Shown piece by piece: positions 1-14,705 of a DNA stretch of 64,000 bases; the stretch's first letter is position 1, and each line of letters starts with the position of its first letter. Origin of the DNA: Octopus vulgaris (taxonomy: Eukaryota); contig OX597830.1 in the NCBI GenBank assembly GCA_951406725.2, positions 19,468,001 through 19,532,000 on the forward strand, given 5' to 3'. The notes beneath the pieces were generated by a model. It ran no database searches. It saw only the letters and a list, made by a program, of their open reading frames with translations, and had not been told where the DNA came from. Made by a program: the position numbers and the translations under genes.

Positions 1-243
1 ATACAATTCAAAAGGTAAATAATATTGTTAAATAAAAACGTTACTTATCTTGTTGATTAATATTACATAACACGTGTAGTTATTTTACCAAATATATACG
101 TTTTATAAATTATTTTGCATATTACTTAATCATTTGTATGTTTTATCTTATATTTAATTTTTCTATACGATGTAATTTTTTTCTAAATGGTATAATTTAA
201 TTTTTTCATTGTTGAATTGATAAAAGGTCGTTTTATTCTAATT

Positions 244-326
<83 letters not shown>

Positions 327-348
327 ACACACACACACATATATATAT

Positions 349-1336
349 ATGGTAACACACACAGAAGAAGCCCCCCAAAGGCTCATTAACTGTTTTGAGC
401 AAGCATGTAACGACTTTGGCTTAGCTATCAGCCTTAAGAAGACCAACATCATGGGCCAGGCTACATCGGACATCCCAAACATACATATTGGAGACCACAG
501 ATTACAAGAGGTGGAGAAGTTTACCTATCTGGGCTCTACCGTCACCTACAACCTATCCCTTCACGCTGAGCTCAATATACGCATTGGCAAGGCAGCTGCT
601 GCGATGGCCCAACTCTCCAAACGGGCTTGGGACAACAATAAGCTGACCAAGACCATGAAAATGAAGATCTACCAGGCATGTGTACTCAGCACTCTACTGT
701 ATGGAAGTGAGACCTGGACGCTATACACACGCCAAGAGCGTCGCCTAAACATCTTTCACCTGCGCTGCCTCCGAAAAATCCTCCGCATCAAATGGCAGAA
801 TCATATCCCCAACAAAGATGTCCTCAGGCAAGCAGAAATACCAAGCATGTTTGCACTCCTCACACAAAGACGTATGAGATGGCTTGGGCATGTTAGCCGT
901 ATGAAAGATGGCAGAATCCCCAAGGACATACTCTACGGGGAGCTTGCTAGGGGTACTAGGTCTGTGGGTAGACCGATCTTACGTTACAAGTATGTTTGCA
1001 AAAGGGACATGAAGGCCTGCAACATCAATATTATCGTTTGGGAGGCAGCTGCCGACAACCGTGGAGAATTGCGACGTACAGTAAAAGAGGGAATACAAAG
1101 GAGTGACACAGAGAGAGAGGAGAAATGGAAAGAAAGGAAGAGACGTAAACAAGAGACTATGGCACTACAACCAGCCAGGAACAGTCTTCGCTACATTTGC
1201 TTTACCTGTCAGAGGGAGTGTTTGTCCAGGATAGGACTACACAGCCACAGCAGGAAATGTACCAGGACGTGAAATATAAGGGCCGGACTGGACTACTTCA
1301 TGCGCAACTCTCCCGAGACAGAAAGGATGCCAATGC
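349..1336 (+). mobile_element. 5'-truncated RTE-clade (BovB-like) LINE: RT C-terminus and terminal zinc finger
   Basis: FGLAISLKKT, FTYLGS, LSTLLYGSETW, RWLGHVSRM and C-terminal CxxC...HSRKC; flanked by CA/TA repeats. The HT-repeat N-terminus of the ORF is microsatellite read-through. Confidence 0.88.
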
Positions 1337-1358
1337 TATATATATATATATGAATAAA

Positions 1359-1415
<57 letters not shown>

Positions 1416-1711
1416 CCAATCGGAATGGCTTTAATATATGTGTATATATCATGATGATGATATATACACATATATTAAAGTAAAAAACGCAACAAAAGAC
1501 AAGAGCAACAAAAGTGTCATTATTTAAAACTTGAATAATATTTTGTGTGCATCAGAAGGCTCATTAGGACATTGGACAAATACCTTGTGGTACCTAGTCA
1601 CACCTGTTTGATGGGTTCACTATCTGATGAAGTTAACCCATCTCTGATCTCGAGAAAATAAGCAGAACCAGCTAGTGGAATTTTCATAGACAGAAACGGC
1701 ATGAAAACTTA

Positions 1712-1779
<68 letters not shown>

Positions 1780-2782
1780 TCACACAGTTAAACACATGTT
1801 TTTTCTCTATACTGGCATTGGTTGGGTAGGTCTTCTTGAGCACATTTGTTGCATTTCTTTATCTCCTTTGTTAGAAACTTGGTAACATCTTGCTTGCCCA
1901 AATGCAGTCGGTTGAAAACTGCATTCTGGATACCAGTAGGCTTCAGGGGTTCTTCAAGAGTCAATGCACACCTTATCAGAGCTTCCCTGTCATATATAGT
2001 ATCTTCTCAAGTGGGAAAAAAAAAATAGCATTTATTTAATACAATTGAGAGGCAAATGTATTCCCTCTTATTTATGCTTGTGTTTCCCTTTCTCTTTTTT
2101 TATCCCAACTTTGAAGTGAATTCTCTTATTTATGCTTTATTTTTATCATGTTTTTTTTAATCCTATCTTTTAAGTGAAATATACTAAATTTCTTCCTCAT
2201 GAAATATCCTTGTAAAAGAAGGGAACATCTTATGTGAGAGTATGTCTTACATGCCAAATGGGGGACTCTCCCATCGAAGACGATGTATCAGTGTTCAGCT
2301 TTTACCGAGTGACTTGCACAAAGGATTTGTTGATCCCTTTCGTTACTGTATTTATTTTGAGGTGCTCTGTATTTCTTTCAATTATTCTAAATATTAAAAA
2401 AATTTAGTAAAATAACTTAGTTATGATTAAGCTAGTATTAGGAACATAAATTGTGACTTGATGGAAGATTTTGATTAAAAACTTATAAAAACAAGACATT
2501 TGTACTACAGAACCAGAACCGGTTTCAGCTGATTTGGTAAGGAAAGGGGTATAGTGATCAAATGTATGAGCTGTCCATTAGCTCTCTCTTTCCATCAATT
2601 TGACACATGCACTGTGTACCACACATCAGGTGGCAAAATGATCGCAGAGCAATGTGAGATAGTGTTTTGTTCAAGAACACATTGCATCATCCAGTCTAGG
2701 AATTGAAACCATGATTTTGCGATCATGAGTGCATCACTCTAACCACTAGGTCATGTGCTGTCATTATATGCCAAATACCTCC

Positions 2783-3290
<508 letters not shown>

Positions 3291-3362
3291 AGACACTTGC
3301 CCAAGGACACTTGCCCTTGCTCAGTGGGACTAATAATTTTTTTTTATCATTATATCCTTTAG

Positions 3363-3462
3363 GTGAATTCTATGACCTCCCAGAGGGTTTCACAGGTTCT
3401 GAGACTTCAGGATCAGTTATTGCTTTGGCATTTTATGATGGATTATGGGCTTTTGAGGGATG
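3363..3462 (+). CDS. SLC7A9: SLC7A9-like copy A exon (100 nt; TM6) [34 protein letters not shown]
   Basis: tttag|GT acceptor and TG|gtgagt donor; LAT TM6 motif; mirrored in copy B. Confidence 0.93.
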
Positions 3463-4127
3463 GTGAGTAATTTTGTCTTAGTTTCATTCATTATTATGTT
3501 TATGTGTGTTTTTTGTGTTTATGTTTTGCGTTTGTTCTCTCCTTGTCATCGCTTGGCAACCAGTATTGTTTTGTTTACATCCTTGTAACTTAGCAATTTG
3601 GCAAACAAGAACAATAGAATAAGTACCAGACTAAAAAAACAAAAGAAAGTAAGTTCCCGGGGTCCTTTCGTTTGACTGTACCCTTCGGGGTGGCAGCCTC
3701 TCAGTATGGTTGCAGTCCAATCACTGAAACAAGTTAATAGGAAAAGATGAAGATGATGTGCCATCAGACAAACATCATCATCATCATCATCATTGTCGTC
3801 ACTACTATCATCATCATCATCATCATCTTCATCATAACTGCCATCATCAGTATGCTAACATTTCTTATTTCTTTACTACCCACAAGGGGCTAAATACAGA
3901 TGGAACAAACAAGGACAGACAAGCGGATTAAGTCGATTACATTGACCCCAGTGCGTAACTGGTACTTAATTTATCGACCCCGAAAGGATGAAAGGCAAAG
4001 TCTACTTCGGCAGAATTTGAACTCAGAATGTAACAGCAGACGAAATACCGCAAAGCATTTCGCCCGGCATGCTAATGTTTCTGCTAGCTTCCCACCTTAA
4101 TATTGATAATGATACTAATAATTCTCA

Positions 4128-4142
4128 TTGTTATTGTTGCTG

Positions 4143-4224
<82 letters not shown>

Positions 4225-4250
4225 CATTACTATTATCGTTATTATTATTA

Positions 4251-4328
<78 letters not shown>
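4128..4328. repeat. (TAT)n microsatellite
   Basis: Directly visible; source of the poly-Y/I/L/N ORFs. Confidence 0.95.
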
Positions 4329-4330
<2 letters not shown>

Positions 4331-5476
4331 ATGGCAGCAAGCTGCCAGAATCATTAGCAGACCCAGTGGAATGCGCTTAGCAGCATTTTGTTTGTCCTTC
4401 GGTTCTGAGTGCAAATTCCACTGCAGCTGACTTTACCTTTCATCCTTTCGGGGTCGTTAAATTAATTACCAGTTGTGTACTGGGGTCGATCTAATCGACT
4501 GGACCCCCCCCCCCCAATTTCAGGCCTTGTGCCTTAGTAGAAAGGATTATCATTGCTATCATTATTATTATCATTATGTAATGAGATGGCAGAATCATTG
4601 GCATGCTAGACAAAATGCTTTGCAGTATTTCGCCTGTCGTTCCATTCTGAGTTAAAATTCTGCCAAGGTCAACTTTGCTTTTCTCCTCTCGGAGTCAATA
4701 AATTAAATACCAGTGAAACACTGGAGTCAATGTAATTAATAGTCCCCTCGCCTAGTAGAAAAGATTATTATTATTGACCTAGTGGTTAGGGTGCTCTACT
4801 TATGATCATTTGTGCAGGTCATTCAGTAAAAGCTGAACACTCACAACTTATCTTCAATGGGAGAGTCCATCATCATTATTATCATTGCTATTGTTATTAT
4901 CATTATTATTATCATTATTGAGTGAGAGAGCAGTACATGCCATCAAATTGACACTGGGGTAAAATGTACAAAGCCTAGTATACCCATCATGACTACCCGT
5001 CTGATAAGGGTACACTAGGCACATGCATCACAACCATATGTGTGCAACATAGTGATCTCATATCAAGATAAATAATGCATGACCTTGCAGGTAGGGCCCA
5101 GTTAGACTTTTCTTTTGGTTGAGTAGACCATCCCATTCAAAAGGTCCCTGAATAACGATTGTTTAAAGATGTTGAACAAACCACCCATGTTTCCAAAGGT
5201 GAATTATCCAAAACTCTAAGAATTCCTCTCAACACATGGCTATGATGCTCCCCCACTATTTCTGCTCGTGATCAGAGATGCACATATCATCAGCCACTAA
5301 GGGACATGGTCAACTGGTTAAGGTCAAAAAGCTGACAAGCAAATCTGTGGTATTGAGCAGAATATTTGCTGTAGCCCATCTTTTATACAAAGACAAAACA
5401 ATGTACATGATAACACTTCCAATCAGTTAAGATCAGTAGCCATGAGAGCCAGAGCCTGGTACTGAATCAGAGCATG

Positions 5477-5541
<65 letters not shown>

Positions 5542-6181
5542 GATTGGAGTTTGTTGCTCAGGTGGTCTACATCATTTCCATTTCTCTCTCCCTCTCTCTC
5601 TCTTTATCTTTTTGTGTTTTGCCTAGCCTTCCTACTCCTTCAAGACAAGAGGCTCTGAAGTGATTCTTACTATGCCACATGTTTCAACCAGGCATTTGGC
5701 CCTGTATTGTCAATCTTAAGCCCTTTTGTACACAGTTCTATTATGGAACTGTAGGGTTATGAGTGCTTGGAAGCCCATTTTAATACATACCTCCTAACCA
5801 CATGCAGCCTCTTATTAGGGCTGCTTTCACTATTAACCCATACTATGATACAAAAGTGATGACTAGCCACAGATTTGCCTCGTTTCTGATATCTTTTATT
5901 GTCACTCTTGTATTTCTTTGCTCCCATGTATTGGTGGTACAAATGTACAGCCAGATGTGTGTCCCAAACTTTCAGCCCATGTTTTGGATGATTCTTTAAT
6001 TTCAAAAGTATAATAGGATTTAACCCAAAAGAAAGCAAAGAGAAAAAATGTATACTTGAAAGGCACAGGAGCCTCTATAATTAAATAATTTATAAATTAA
6101 ATAATTTATGTCTATCTCAAAATTAATTATTAATAACTTCCACTTTTTCTATCTTTTCCTTTTTTCTTTTTTTCAAAACAG

Positions 6182-6226
6182 GAATAGCCTCAATTATGCC
6201 ATAGAGGAACTTAAAAATCCATACAG
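6182..6226 (+). CDS. SLC7A9: SLC7A9-like copy A exon (45 nt) NSLNYAIEELKNPYR
   Basis: Pyrimidine tract plus aacag| acceptor, AG|gtttgt donor; phases fit both neighbours; EELKNP motif. Confidence 0.92.
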
Positions 6227-6467
6227 GTTTGTACAGGCTGCAAATTTTCTACTTGAGATTTTCATTATATTTTCTTTATATGATATGTTAAGAATTTACC
6301 ATTTTCTCTCTTTTGTTAATTTTAATTTAAGAATTTTTCATAGGATACAGAAGCTCTTATTCTTTGTAGAATAAGAGTGTCTGAAAATAAACATGTACAT
6401 ACACACATCTGTGCATGTATGTATATATGTGTGTGTGTTCCGATATATATATATATATATATATATA

Positions 6468-7380
6468 CAGTTGCGGCCAAAATGTTCAGAATGGCATTGT
6501 TTTCGTCAGAAAGGTAGATATAAGTTTTTATCAAAGTTGTTTTATATTCTATAATTTTCACAGACAATAAATACGATATTATTTGTTATTGTCTGAGAAT
6601 TTGATGCAATTTGAGAGGATAATACAAAAGTTATGGATGATTAGTGATGTACTGCAAAACCCATGGCGGCCAAAATGATCAGAACGGTTGCTTTTACTCC
6701 ATGTTTTAGTATATTTACCGTCGAACTCTAATGTTTTGAATTTGTTTACGTGACAGTTCGTTTACTAAACATTAGTAAGAATATCTGCAGTGTACTTTGT
6801 TTACATAATGCCACTTACTCCGTTACCAATTCGTCAGCAGATTATTAAGCTTCGAAAGAAGGATAATTTAAGTATTAGGTCTATTGCAAAGATTGTTAAC
6901 AAGACAAAAAGTGTTGTTCACGGTATTCTTAAGGTCTACGATGATTGTGGTTCGTGTGAAGCAAGAAAGTCTACAGGTAGGCCAAGAAAAACGATCAAGA
7001 GAGAAGATCGTGCTATGGTAAAGTTGGTTAAAAAGGACAGATTTAAAACTGCTGCTGCTGTTTTTTGGGAAATGAGCATTGTACTGAAGAAAACTTTATC
7101 TCGAAAAACTGTGTCTCGTCGTTTAGTTGAACATGACCTACAAGCAAGAGCACCTGCAGTGAAGCCACTGATCAGCTCCAAGAATAAAAAGTGTCGTCTT
7201 ACCTTTGCAACCGAACATGTGTTGTGGTCTCAAGAAAAATGGCAAACGGTGCATTTCAGTGATGAATCTAAGCCTATGTTATTTGGCTCAGATGGGAAAA
7301 GCAGGTGAAAAATTGTCACCTAAATGCCTTGAGACTAATGTTAAATTCGGTGGAGGAAGTGTCATGGTTTGGGGGATGTC
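6468..7380 (+). mobile_element. Truncated Tc1-family DNA transposon: left end and transposase N-terminal half (ATG 6808)
   Basis: TA|CAGTTGCGGCCAAAA terminus; HTH region, GRPRK, WQTVHFSDES and KFGGGSVMVWG after a deletion/frameshift; interrupted by a SINE. Confidence 0.88.
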
Positions 7381-7896
7381 AAGCGATGTGGGGGGGGGGG
7401 GCAAACACAGACACACACACATATATGTATATATACATATATATGACGGGCTTATTTCAGTTTCCATCTACCAAATCCACTCACAAGGCTTTGGTCGATC
7501 CGAGGCTATAGTAGAAGACACTTGCCCAAGGTACCACGTAGTGGGACTGAATCCGGAACCATGTGGTTCGTAAGCAAGCTACTTACCACACAGCCACTCC
7601 TGCACCTATATATAAATTCATTTAATCCAGATGATAATGCTCATCCCATTGCCATACAAATCTGTCCTTTGAGTAAATCCACTTGAATCCAGTCAGATAA
7701 ATATCTCACTTAAAAGACATTATTGACCAAAATGTAACAACAATATTATTAATGAAGAACTGCTGTCCAAATAAAGTACTTAAAGGCAGCAAAACAGGGC
7801 AATAGACCCCTTTTTCATTGAGAGAGTGATATTCTGTCCAGTTTAACATCACAACACTACTCTTGAGTATCTTTATAATAATGAAATTATTGTATA

Positions 7897-8762
7897 CAGT
7901 GCTCAGGTGCACCACAACTTGTCAAAAGTGCGTATAGAATATATACAGTAATGTACAAATGTCTGGAAAGTGAACAGTGTATGAGTCAGATACATGCTTG
8001 CGTGTGTATGGAGGGGAGAAAATCAGGTGTAGTGTTGGTGAATCTCAGGAAGCATGGAAGTTTTGAAGGATGCAGTGCTCCAAAAACTAACAACTGATGC
8101 CGGCAGTTTGTTCCATACTTCAGCAACTCTTAGCGTAAAAAAATGTTTCCGAAAGTCATGGGAGCTGTGCTGTTTTCTGACATTGTAAACATGTCCACGG
8201 GTGTTAGATGGGTGGAGTTTGAAAAGGTACTCAGAGTTATTGTTGGTAAGATGGTTAATAATTTTATGGGTGTGTGCCAAGTCAGCTGCCACACGTCGGA
8301 GTTTCAATGTGTCCATGCCCAGGGAAGTAAGGCATTCAGAATATGGCAAATGCCTGATGGAGGGTATTCTTTTGGTTGCACGTCACTGAATGGTTTCCAG
8401 ACGATTAATATCCTGGGCAAGATAGGGGTTCCAGACCGGTGATGCAAATTCCAGGTGAGGCCACACTATAGCTATATAAAGTCTCTGATAGATAGCTGGA
8501 GAGCGGCTCGCAAAGGACTTGGTGAGTGATGCCAAGACACCCTTAGACTTCTTGGCAATTTTAGCAATGTGTTTTGTCCAACACAAATCACTGTCGACAA
8601 TATTGCCCAGGTCACGTTCAAAAGAAGACTTTTTGAGATTAGTGTTGTGGAAGGAGTAAGTGGATGCTGGGTTTTTCCTCCCCAAATGCATGGTGGTGCA
8701 TTTGTCCACAGCCAGCTTGAGTTGCCAGTCCATGATCCACTGCTGCATTGTGTCCAGGTCTG
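7897..8762 (-). mobile_element. Degenerate CR1/L2-type LINE 3' fragment
   Basis: WQLKLAVDKC, ERDLG, PHLEFASPVWNPY and FFTLRVAEVWNKLP across frameshifted ORFs 8383-8889 and 8023-8349. Confidence 0.85.
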
Positions 8763-8800
8763 ATTTCAAAGCCAGAAACTTTTCAGCCCCACCCCTCGTG

Positions 8801-8848
<48 letters not shown>

Positions 8849-8945
8849 CACATGCACACACACATACACACAAGACATTTGCATGCCAAAAAATGTAAGT
8901 TATTCCTCCTTTGTAAAATATATGTATTCTGATATTTCGTTATAG

Positions 8946-9069
8946 AAATTTACCTCTGGCAATAATAATTGGGATTCCCCTTGTCACCGCTCTGAATATT
9001 CTAACGAATGTCTCATATCTGGCTGTTATGACAAAACGGGAGCTCTTACGGTCATCTATAGTCGGTGGG
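8946..9069 (+). CDS. SLC7A9: SLC7A9-like copy A exon (124 nt; TM7) [41 protein letters not shown]
   Basis: tatag| acceptor, GGG|gtacgt donor; [14 protein letters not shown] motif. Confidence 0.93.
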
Positions 9070-9404
9070 GTACGTTGTTCTTTGCTTTCCTATCAAACTA
9101 AATATTGAATGTATTGACATTGAGGATAAATGCATTTACACCATGAATTTCATTTTAAGTTTCTCTGCCTCCAGTCAAAGATGCATGGCACCCTACACAC
9201 ACACACATGCACTAACATACCAAGCTTATATACTCCTGCTTTATTTTTTCTTTCCTCCATCTGACTTTGTGATAAAGAGTGTAAGCTCAAAATATTAAAG
9301 ACACTTTACTTTTCTTATCTCTCATTCTGTGCCAAACTAATTATCATTACATTCTGTTTTCACTTTGTCTTGTCATTGTTCTCATCAATAATATTCAACA
9401 GTCC

Positions 9405-9515
9405 TTTGCTCAGTAAACTTGTGGGGACTGAGGAAGCTGGAAGTAAATGAATGGCTTGTGAAAGCTGTACAAACCATGTACAGGGGTATTGACAAGAGGG
9501 TGAAAGTTAGCAACA
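9405..9515 (+). mobile_element. Tiny LINE RT remnant shared by both paralog introns (mirror at ~50880-50995)
   Basis: WGLRKLEVNEWLVKAVQTMY; reverse-complement copy in copy B. Confidence 0.55.
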
Positions 9516-11612
9516 GTGAAAGCACGTGGCATAGTGGTAAGAGTGTTGCATGCATGATTGCCAGATTACAGGTTCAGTTCCTGGAACAGGTGACATGTGT
9601 TCTTGAGCAAAACACTTCAAGTTTCTCTAGTGCTATGTGGAGACTGGCATGTCAAAAAGTATTTCCATATTCTCATATTGACTGGCATGTGAAAGAGCAT
9701 CTATATTTCCTCTGCATGTCATAAAAGGTGACTAAAAGAGGTTGAGGTAGTATTTGAACACTGGGGTTGTTTAATTGACTAAGAGGGTAGTGAAATCAGT
9801 ACTTGATCTATTTGAGGGCTTACTAGAAACTGATGAAGAAATGTAAAGACCTGTACCATGTTAAGCCATTGACTAGCAATGAAATATAGATTGGGGAAGT
9901 GGAGACACTCATAATATCAAAATAATTTCGAACATCAAAACACAATGAAAAAATGTAATGCAGTGCTTGGCACCTGATACCCAGATCAGGATGAACAAAT
10001 TACATAGAACTCTCTTACCTTTGGGGCACTGTTTCACATGGGTTGCCATTTCAGAGCAGTAAATGTTGGTTTTAATGTTGGGCAGTTACCTTTTGGTATT
10101 GGTGACTTAGCCATTTATCGTACAGTAGTTAAAAACTATTATCTAGTAACTCAATATGATACAATCTAAATAATAGTCTGCTTGTTTGTTTGACCATTAG
10201 GCTTTAGTTAGTTAGAGAGGTGGAGTAAAAGTGAGAGGGGACAGGAGAAGAAATGTGAGTAGAGAAGAAAGAAGAGAGGCGTATAATAATACACTAAGGC
10301 CATATGCATCACATGGTTAGTTGAAGGGAGAGGTGAAGAGTGAGAGAAAAAGATAAGAGAAAAGTGGGAGAGAGAAGTGGTAATGATGTACTGTAGGGTG
10401 GGGAAGGAAAGGTGAAGAGAAAGAGAGAAATGTTATGAAGAGGGGAATTACATGGTTAAAAAGTTTGTTGAAGAAGAGAGGAATAGAAATTTGAAGTTCT
10501 TAGCAGAGGGAAGTTTTAAAATCATATAATGTATTATTGGGACAGGAAGTGAAATAATTTGGTAAAATAAAATTAAAAATCATCCTTTCTTTCTTAAATA
10601 GCTTCTCTTTTTTTGTTCTGTGGAATTTCCACAGATCCCAATAGTATAATACATAATATAACATTTGATTGAGGAAAGGCGGTGAGCTGGCAGAAACATT
10701 AGTACGCTGGACGAAATGCTTAGTGGTATTTCATCTGTCTTTACATTCTGAGTTCAAATTGCACCAAGGTCGACTTTGCCTTCGGTTCTTTTTCAGTCAA
10801 TAAATTAAGTATCAATTGCGCACTGGGGTCGATCTAATCTGCTGGCCCCCACCCCAAAAGTTTCGAGCCTTTTGCCTAGAGTAGAAAAGAATATTTCATG
10901 AAACACTTCAAGGTAGTGAGCAGCATGGCCCGAGTCCAATAACTGAAATAACTAAAGAGTGAATAGAGACCACCTGTCTCTATTTGTTTACCTCTATCTC
11001 TATACAGGATGGCTCAAAAGTAGGTTTACAGTTATTCAAATATCTCTTTCACATTTATATATTAAAAGTTTAGATCTTAATTAAGAAAAAAATATGAAAC
11101 CATTATTCTTTGCTAATTTAGTTAATTGTAAGATAGAAATATAAATGTAATAAAATGTTTTAAAAGAAATTTAAAGTGCCCGTGTGATTAACTGTAAATC
11201 TATACACTGTATATCTGGTTATTTTCATCTATCTCTATCTGTCTGTCAATCCGCCTGTCTGTCTCTGTCTATCAGCTTCTCTCTCTGTGTCTATCTGTCA
11301 TTCTATCTCTCTCTGTCTATCAGTCACTCTCTCTATCCATCTCTGTCTATCTATCAATTTATCCCTGTTCCTCTATCTACTGTTGTCTGTCTTTTTCCGT
11401 AATAAATTTTTTAAAATGTACACAGTTACAAAGTTTACATTCATTTACATGACATTCAGGTCTGATAGTTCCTGCACCCCACCACAAGGTTTGGATATGA
11501 TCTATGTTGTTTTTGTTCTTCTTTTTAATTAATCAGTCAAACACAAAACAAAAAACAAATGAAACAAATTCTTCAAGATGCAAATTTCTAAAGAATACTT
11601 ATTTTTTTCCAG

Positions 11613-11716
11613 TTATGGGCTGATCGAGTTCTTGGGGTTGCTGCCATTATAATACCAATTTCTGTGGCCATGTCAACGTTTGGCGCAACAAATGGAATTT
11701 GTTTCACAAGTGGGCG
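11613..11716 (+). CDS. SLC7A9: SLC7A9-like copy A exon (104 nt; TM8) LWADRVLGVAAIIIPISVAMSTFGATNGICFTSGR
   Basis: ttccag| acceptor, CG|gtgagt donor; STFGxxNG motif. Confidence 0.93.
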
Positions 11717-12229
11717 GTGAGTATAAGTTTCCAGCCCATATTTTGTTTCATCTTAATAATAGTAACGATGTTTATGACGATGGTTATATTAATGAAGATG
11801 GAGGTGGGGAGAATGAGAAAGTGACGATGGTGGTGTTGAAGATGATGTCAATGATGATGGTAATGGCAGTGAAGTTTATTACATGATTATCAAAATATTT
11901 TCCTATTTTCTGCATGTAGGTTCTTGCATTTTATTTGGAGCGATGTAGTTTGTCCACCGATGCGACGAAGATCATCTAGTCATCCTGTGGTGGGGGTGGG
12001 CTTGTTTTGTGAGTCTGCAGATGGCTAGTGAGGCCAATCTGGGCCCATTCTTCCTGGCTTATCTGCGGTCTTCTGCAACAGCGATCCTATTGGTCTCGCA
12101 TGTGTTGGCACCCTTGTCGACAGCTGATATGGGTCTCAAATTCTGATACAACGCCAGCAATGTTATGTACTGGAGTCAATCTGATCAGTTATACCTGTTC
12201 TCCAAAATGTGAGGCCTTGGGAAACATTA

Positions 12230-12640
12230 TCATATGGGAAGGATCTAGATAGAATATTCCATTTCATATAAATTTGTTTATTATAAAGGTAGTGAAGAAA
12301 GGAAGAGAAGAGAGAAAATTACTTCTGGTTCTGATGTCTTGTTTACATAGGTAGTTCATCATCTCACTTGATGAAAAGAATATCTAACAATTACTCTACA
12401 TATCAATAAATACAAAAATTCTGGGATTAATAAATTAATTTGGTCACTAAAGGAACATAATAAACAAATTGATATGAAATGGAATATTCTATCTAGATCC
12501 TTCCCATATGAAAAAGGTAAATCTTTTTGTCCGCTCTGTAATGACGAACAATTTCTCATCCTGCTTTCAGAGAATTTTCTTCTGAACTTGTTTAAAGAAT
12601 GCATTTATCATTATAAACATTGGCAAAAACATACCTTTAG
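12230..12640 (+). mobile_element. Penelope-like element remnant (GIY-YIG endonuclease C-terminal part) with short 5' inversion
   Basis: Manual translation VYIGSSSSHLMKRISN.../LIWSLKEHNKQIDMKWNILSRSFPYEKGKSFCPLCNDEQFLI; 12230-12284 is the reverse complement of 12457-12511. Confidence 0.7.
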
Positions 12641-13165
12641 TTCCTATAAGTAATTTCTACCAATCTATAAAATTTGACCTTTAACTAGCTTCTTACATTT
12701 CATTTCCACTGCATATATCTATTTCCATGCTTTTAAGCTTTATTCCAATTCATCTATCACGCTATATCTCTCCACTCTTGATTTTCTGTTAATATCTTTC
12801 TTTCTCCTTTTTCCCTTTCACCAAATTGCCTTGGACATTAAATCTATTAACATCTAAGAAGAAATTGCTTAATGAAAGACGTGTGAGCATTCTATCTTGT
12901 ACACACTATTCTAAATATGTGTTTAGAAAATTTTATTAAGTGTCTATATTTGTACTCATATGTATCCATTTATATGTGTACATGTATATGTATATACGAA
13001 TAATCATATATTTGAGTATATGCATATATATATATATTTGTATACATGGGTACATGTTGTTTGTATTTATCTGATGCTATCTATAGCTTGTTTTGCATAT
13101 GTTTGTGCATATATATATGTATATATATATGTGTGTGTGTGTGTTTGTGTGTGCATGTGTGTGTG

Positions 13166-13196
<31 letters not shown>

Positions 13197-13393
13197 ATTT
13201 GTATGTGTATATGCATGTATATGTACATGTACAAGTATATCTATTGAAGTCTCTATATTCATATGTATGTATATATATGTGTGTGAGGGGAGGGTATTTG
13301 TATGTGTTTTGAATAGGTGCATATATGTGTGTGTGTGTGTATATATGTATATGTGTGTGTATGTATATGTATGAATGTGTATACATATATATA

Positions 13394-13466
<73 letters not shown>

Positions 13467-13986
13467 GTATATCTGTAAGATTTATCATCTTAATCTATAT
13501 TATTCTACTGGATTTGGAAAATTGTTGGCAGATTAATTCAGAATTTGATCTTTTTAATGCTATTCTCGTATACTTGTAGTTACTGTTATATACATCATTA
13601 TATTAGAATTAATATTAATTACATATCACAAATAAGATGTTTTCATTATACTAAATAAATAAATGTATTAATACTTCCATTTCATTTATTAATTAATTGA
13701 TGATAATTATAATAACGATAACAATTATAATAGATAATTAGTTTTATTTCACTTAATAAATAAATTTAATAACCAAAATATTATAGTATTGTATAGTTTA
13801 TACGTTATATTATTATTACAACAATATTATTTTGTTAATTCTCAAAGAATTATAAAATTTGTACATATACTATTTATAGTCACTTAATTCAAAAATAACA
13901 ATATTAGTTATTTTTATTGTGAGAAATCCTTAATACTTGTTTTGTTATGTTACTTAATTTACTTATCTATAGTGTTCTCCCTTCCG

Positions 13987-14046
<60 letters not shown>

Positions 14047-14056
14047 AATATATATA

Positions 14057-14622
14057 TTGGGTTGTCCGGAAAGTTCGTGCTGATTTTTAAAGGAAAGAAA
14101 AAGGTCAATAAATACTTGCCATTGCATTTTTAATCAACTAAATACGAACCATTTTGTTGTACAATGCGTCTCAATCTTTCCTTTGACTTGAAAATACCCT
14201 CTTCCCAGAATTGAGTGGGGTTCATGTCAAATAATTCATTGAGGTATCTTTTTACGTCATCCAAGGAATTGAAATTTTTACCATTAAGACTATTCTTCAG
14301 AGACCTGAATAAGTGGAAATCCGAAGGAGCAATATCTGGTGAATATGGGGGGTGGGGTAACACATCCCAGCCGAGCGGCAGCAATTTTTGTCTGGTTCCC
14401 AAAGCATCGAGTGCCAAAAATGAACTTTCTTATCTTCCATCTTAAAGGGTTACAGAATTAACACAGGTTATAGGAACATAAGCCTTCTTCCACGAAAAGA
14501 TAGCTTAAACTGTGCTCTAAATGGAGGTGTAGTCAAATCCTATTTTATGAACTCAACCATGTTCTAAAATAAGTCGAAAGGTAAGCTACTATAAAACGGC
14601 ACAAACTTTCCGGACGACCCAA
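14057..14622 (-). mobile_element. Internally deleted mariner element with both TIRs
   Basis: TIRs TTGGGTTGTCCGGAAAGTT / AACTTTCCGGACGACCCAA with TA flanks; HPPYSPDIAPSDFHLF motif. Confidence 0.92.
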
Positions 14623-14705
14623 TATATATAAACATTTGTGATATTGTATTTGTTGTTGTTACTGTATTTACTGTTACAATAAATGTCTCATCTTGTAATC
14701 TTTAG

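Noticed and set aside
5757-6038. ORFs conserved between arms (mirror at 56115-56300; similarly 27597-27782 versus 33916-34107)
   Set aside because: Similarity is explained by the duplication; ORF ends differ, with no splice-phase fit or recognisable motifs
10205-10490. Purine-rich GA tract as a regulatory or triplex element
   Set aside because: Low complexity, not seen conserved in the paralogous intron, and no further support
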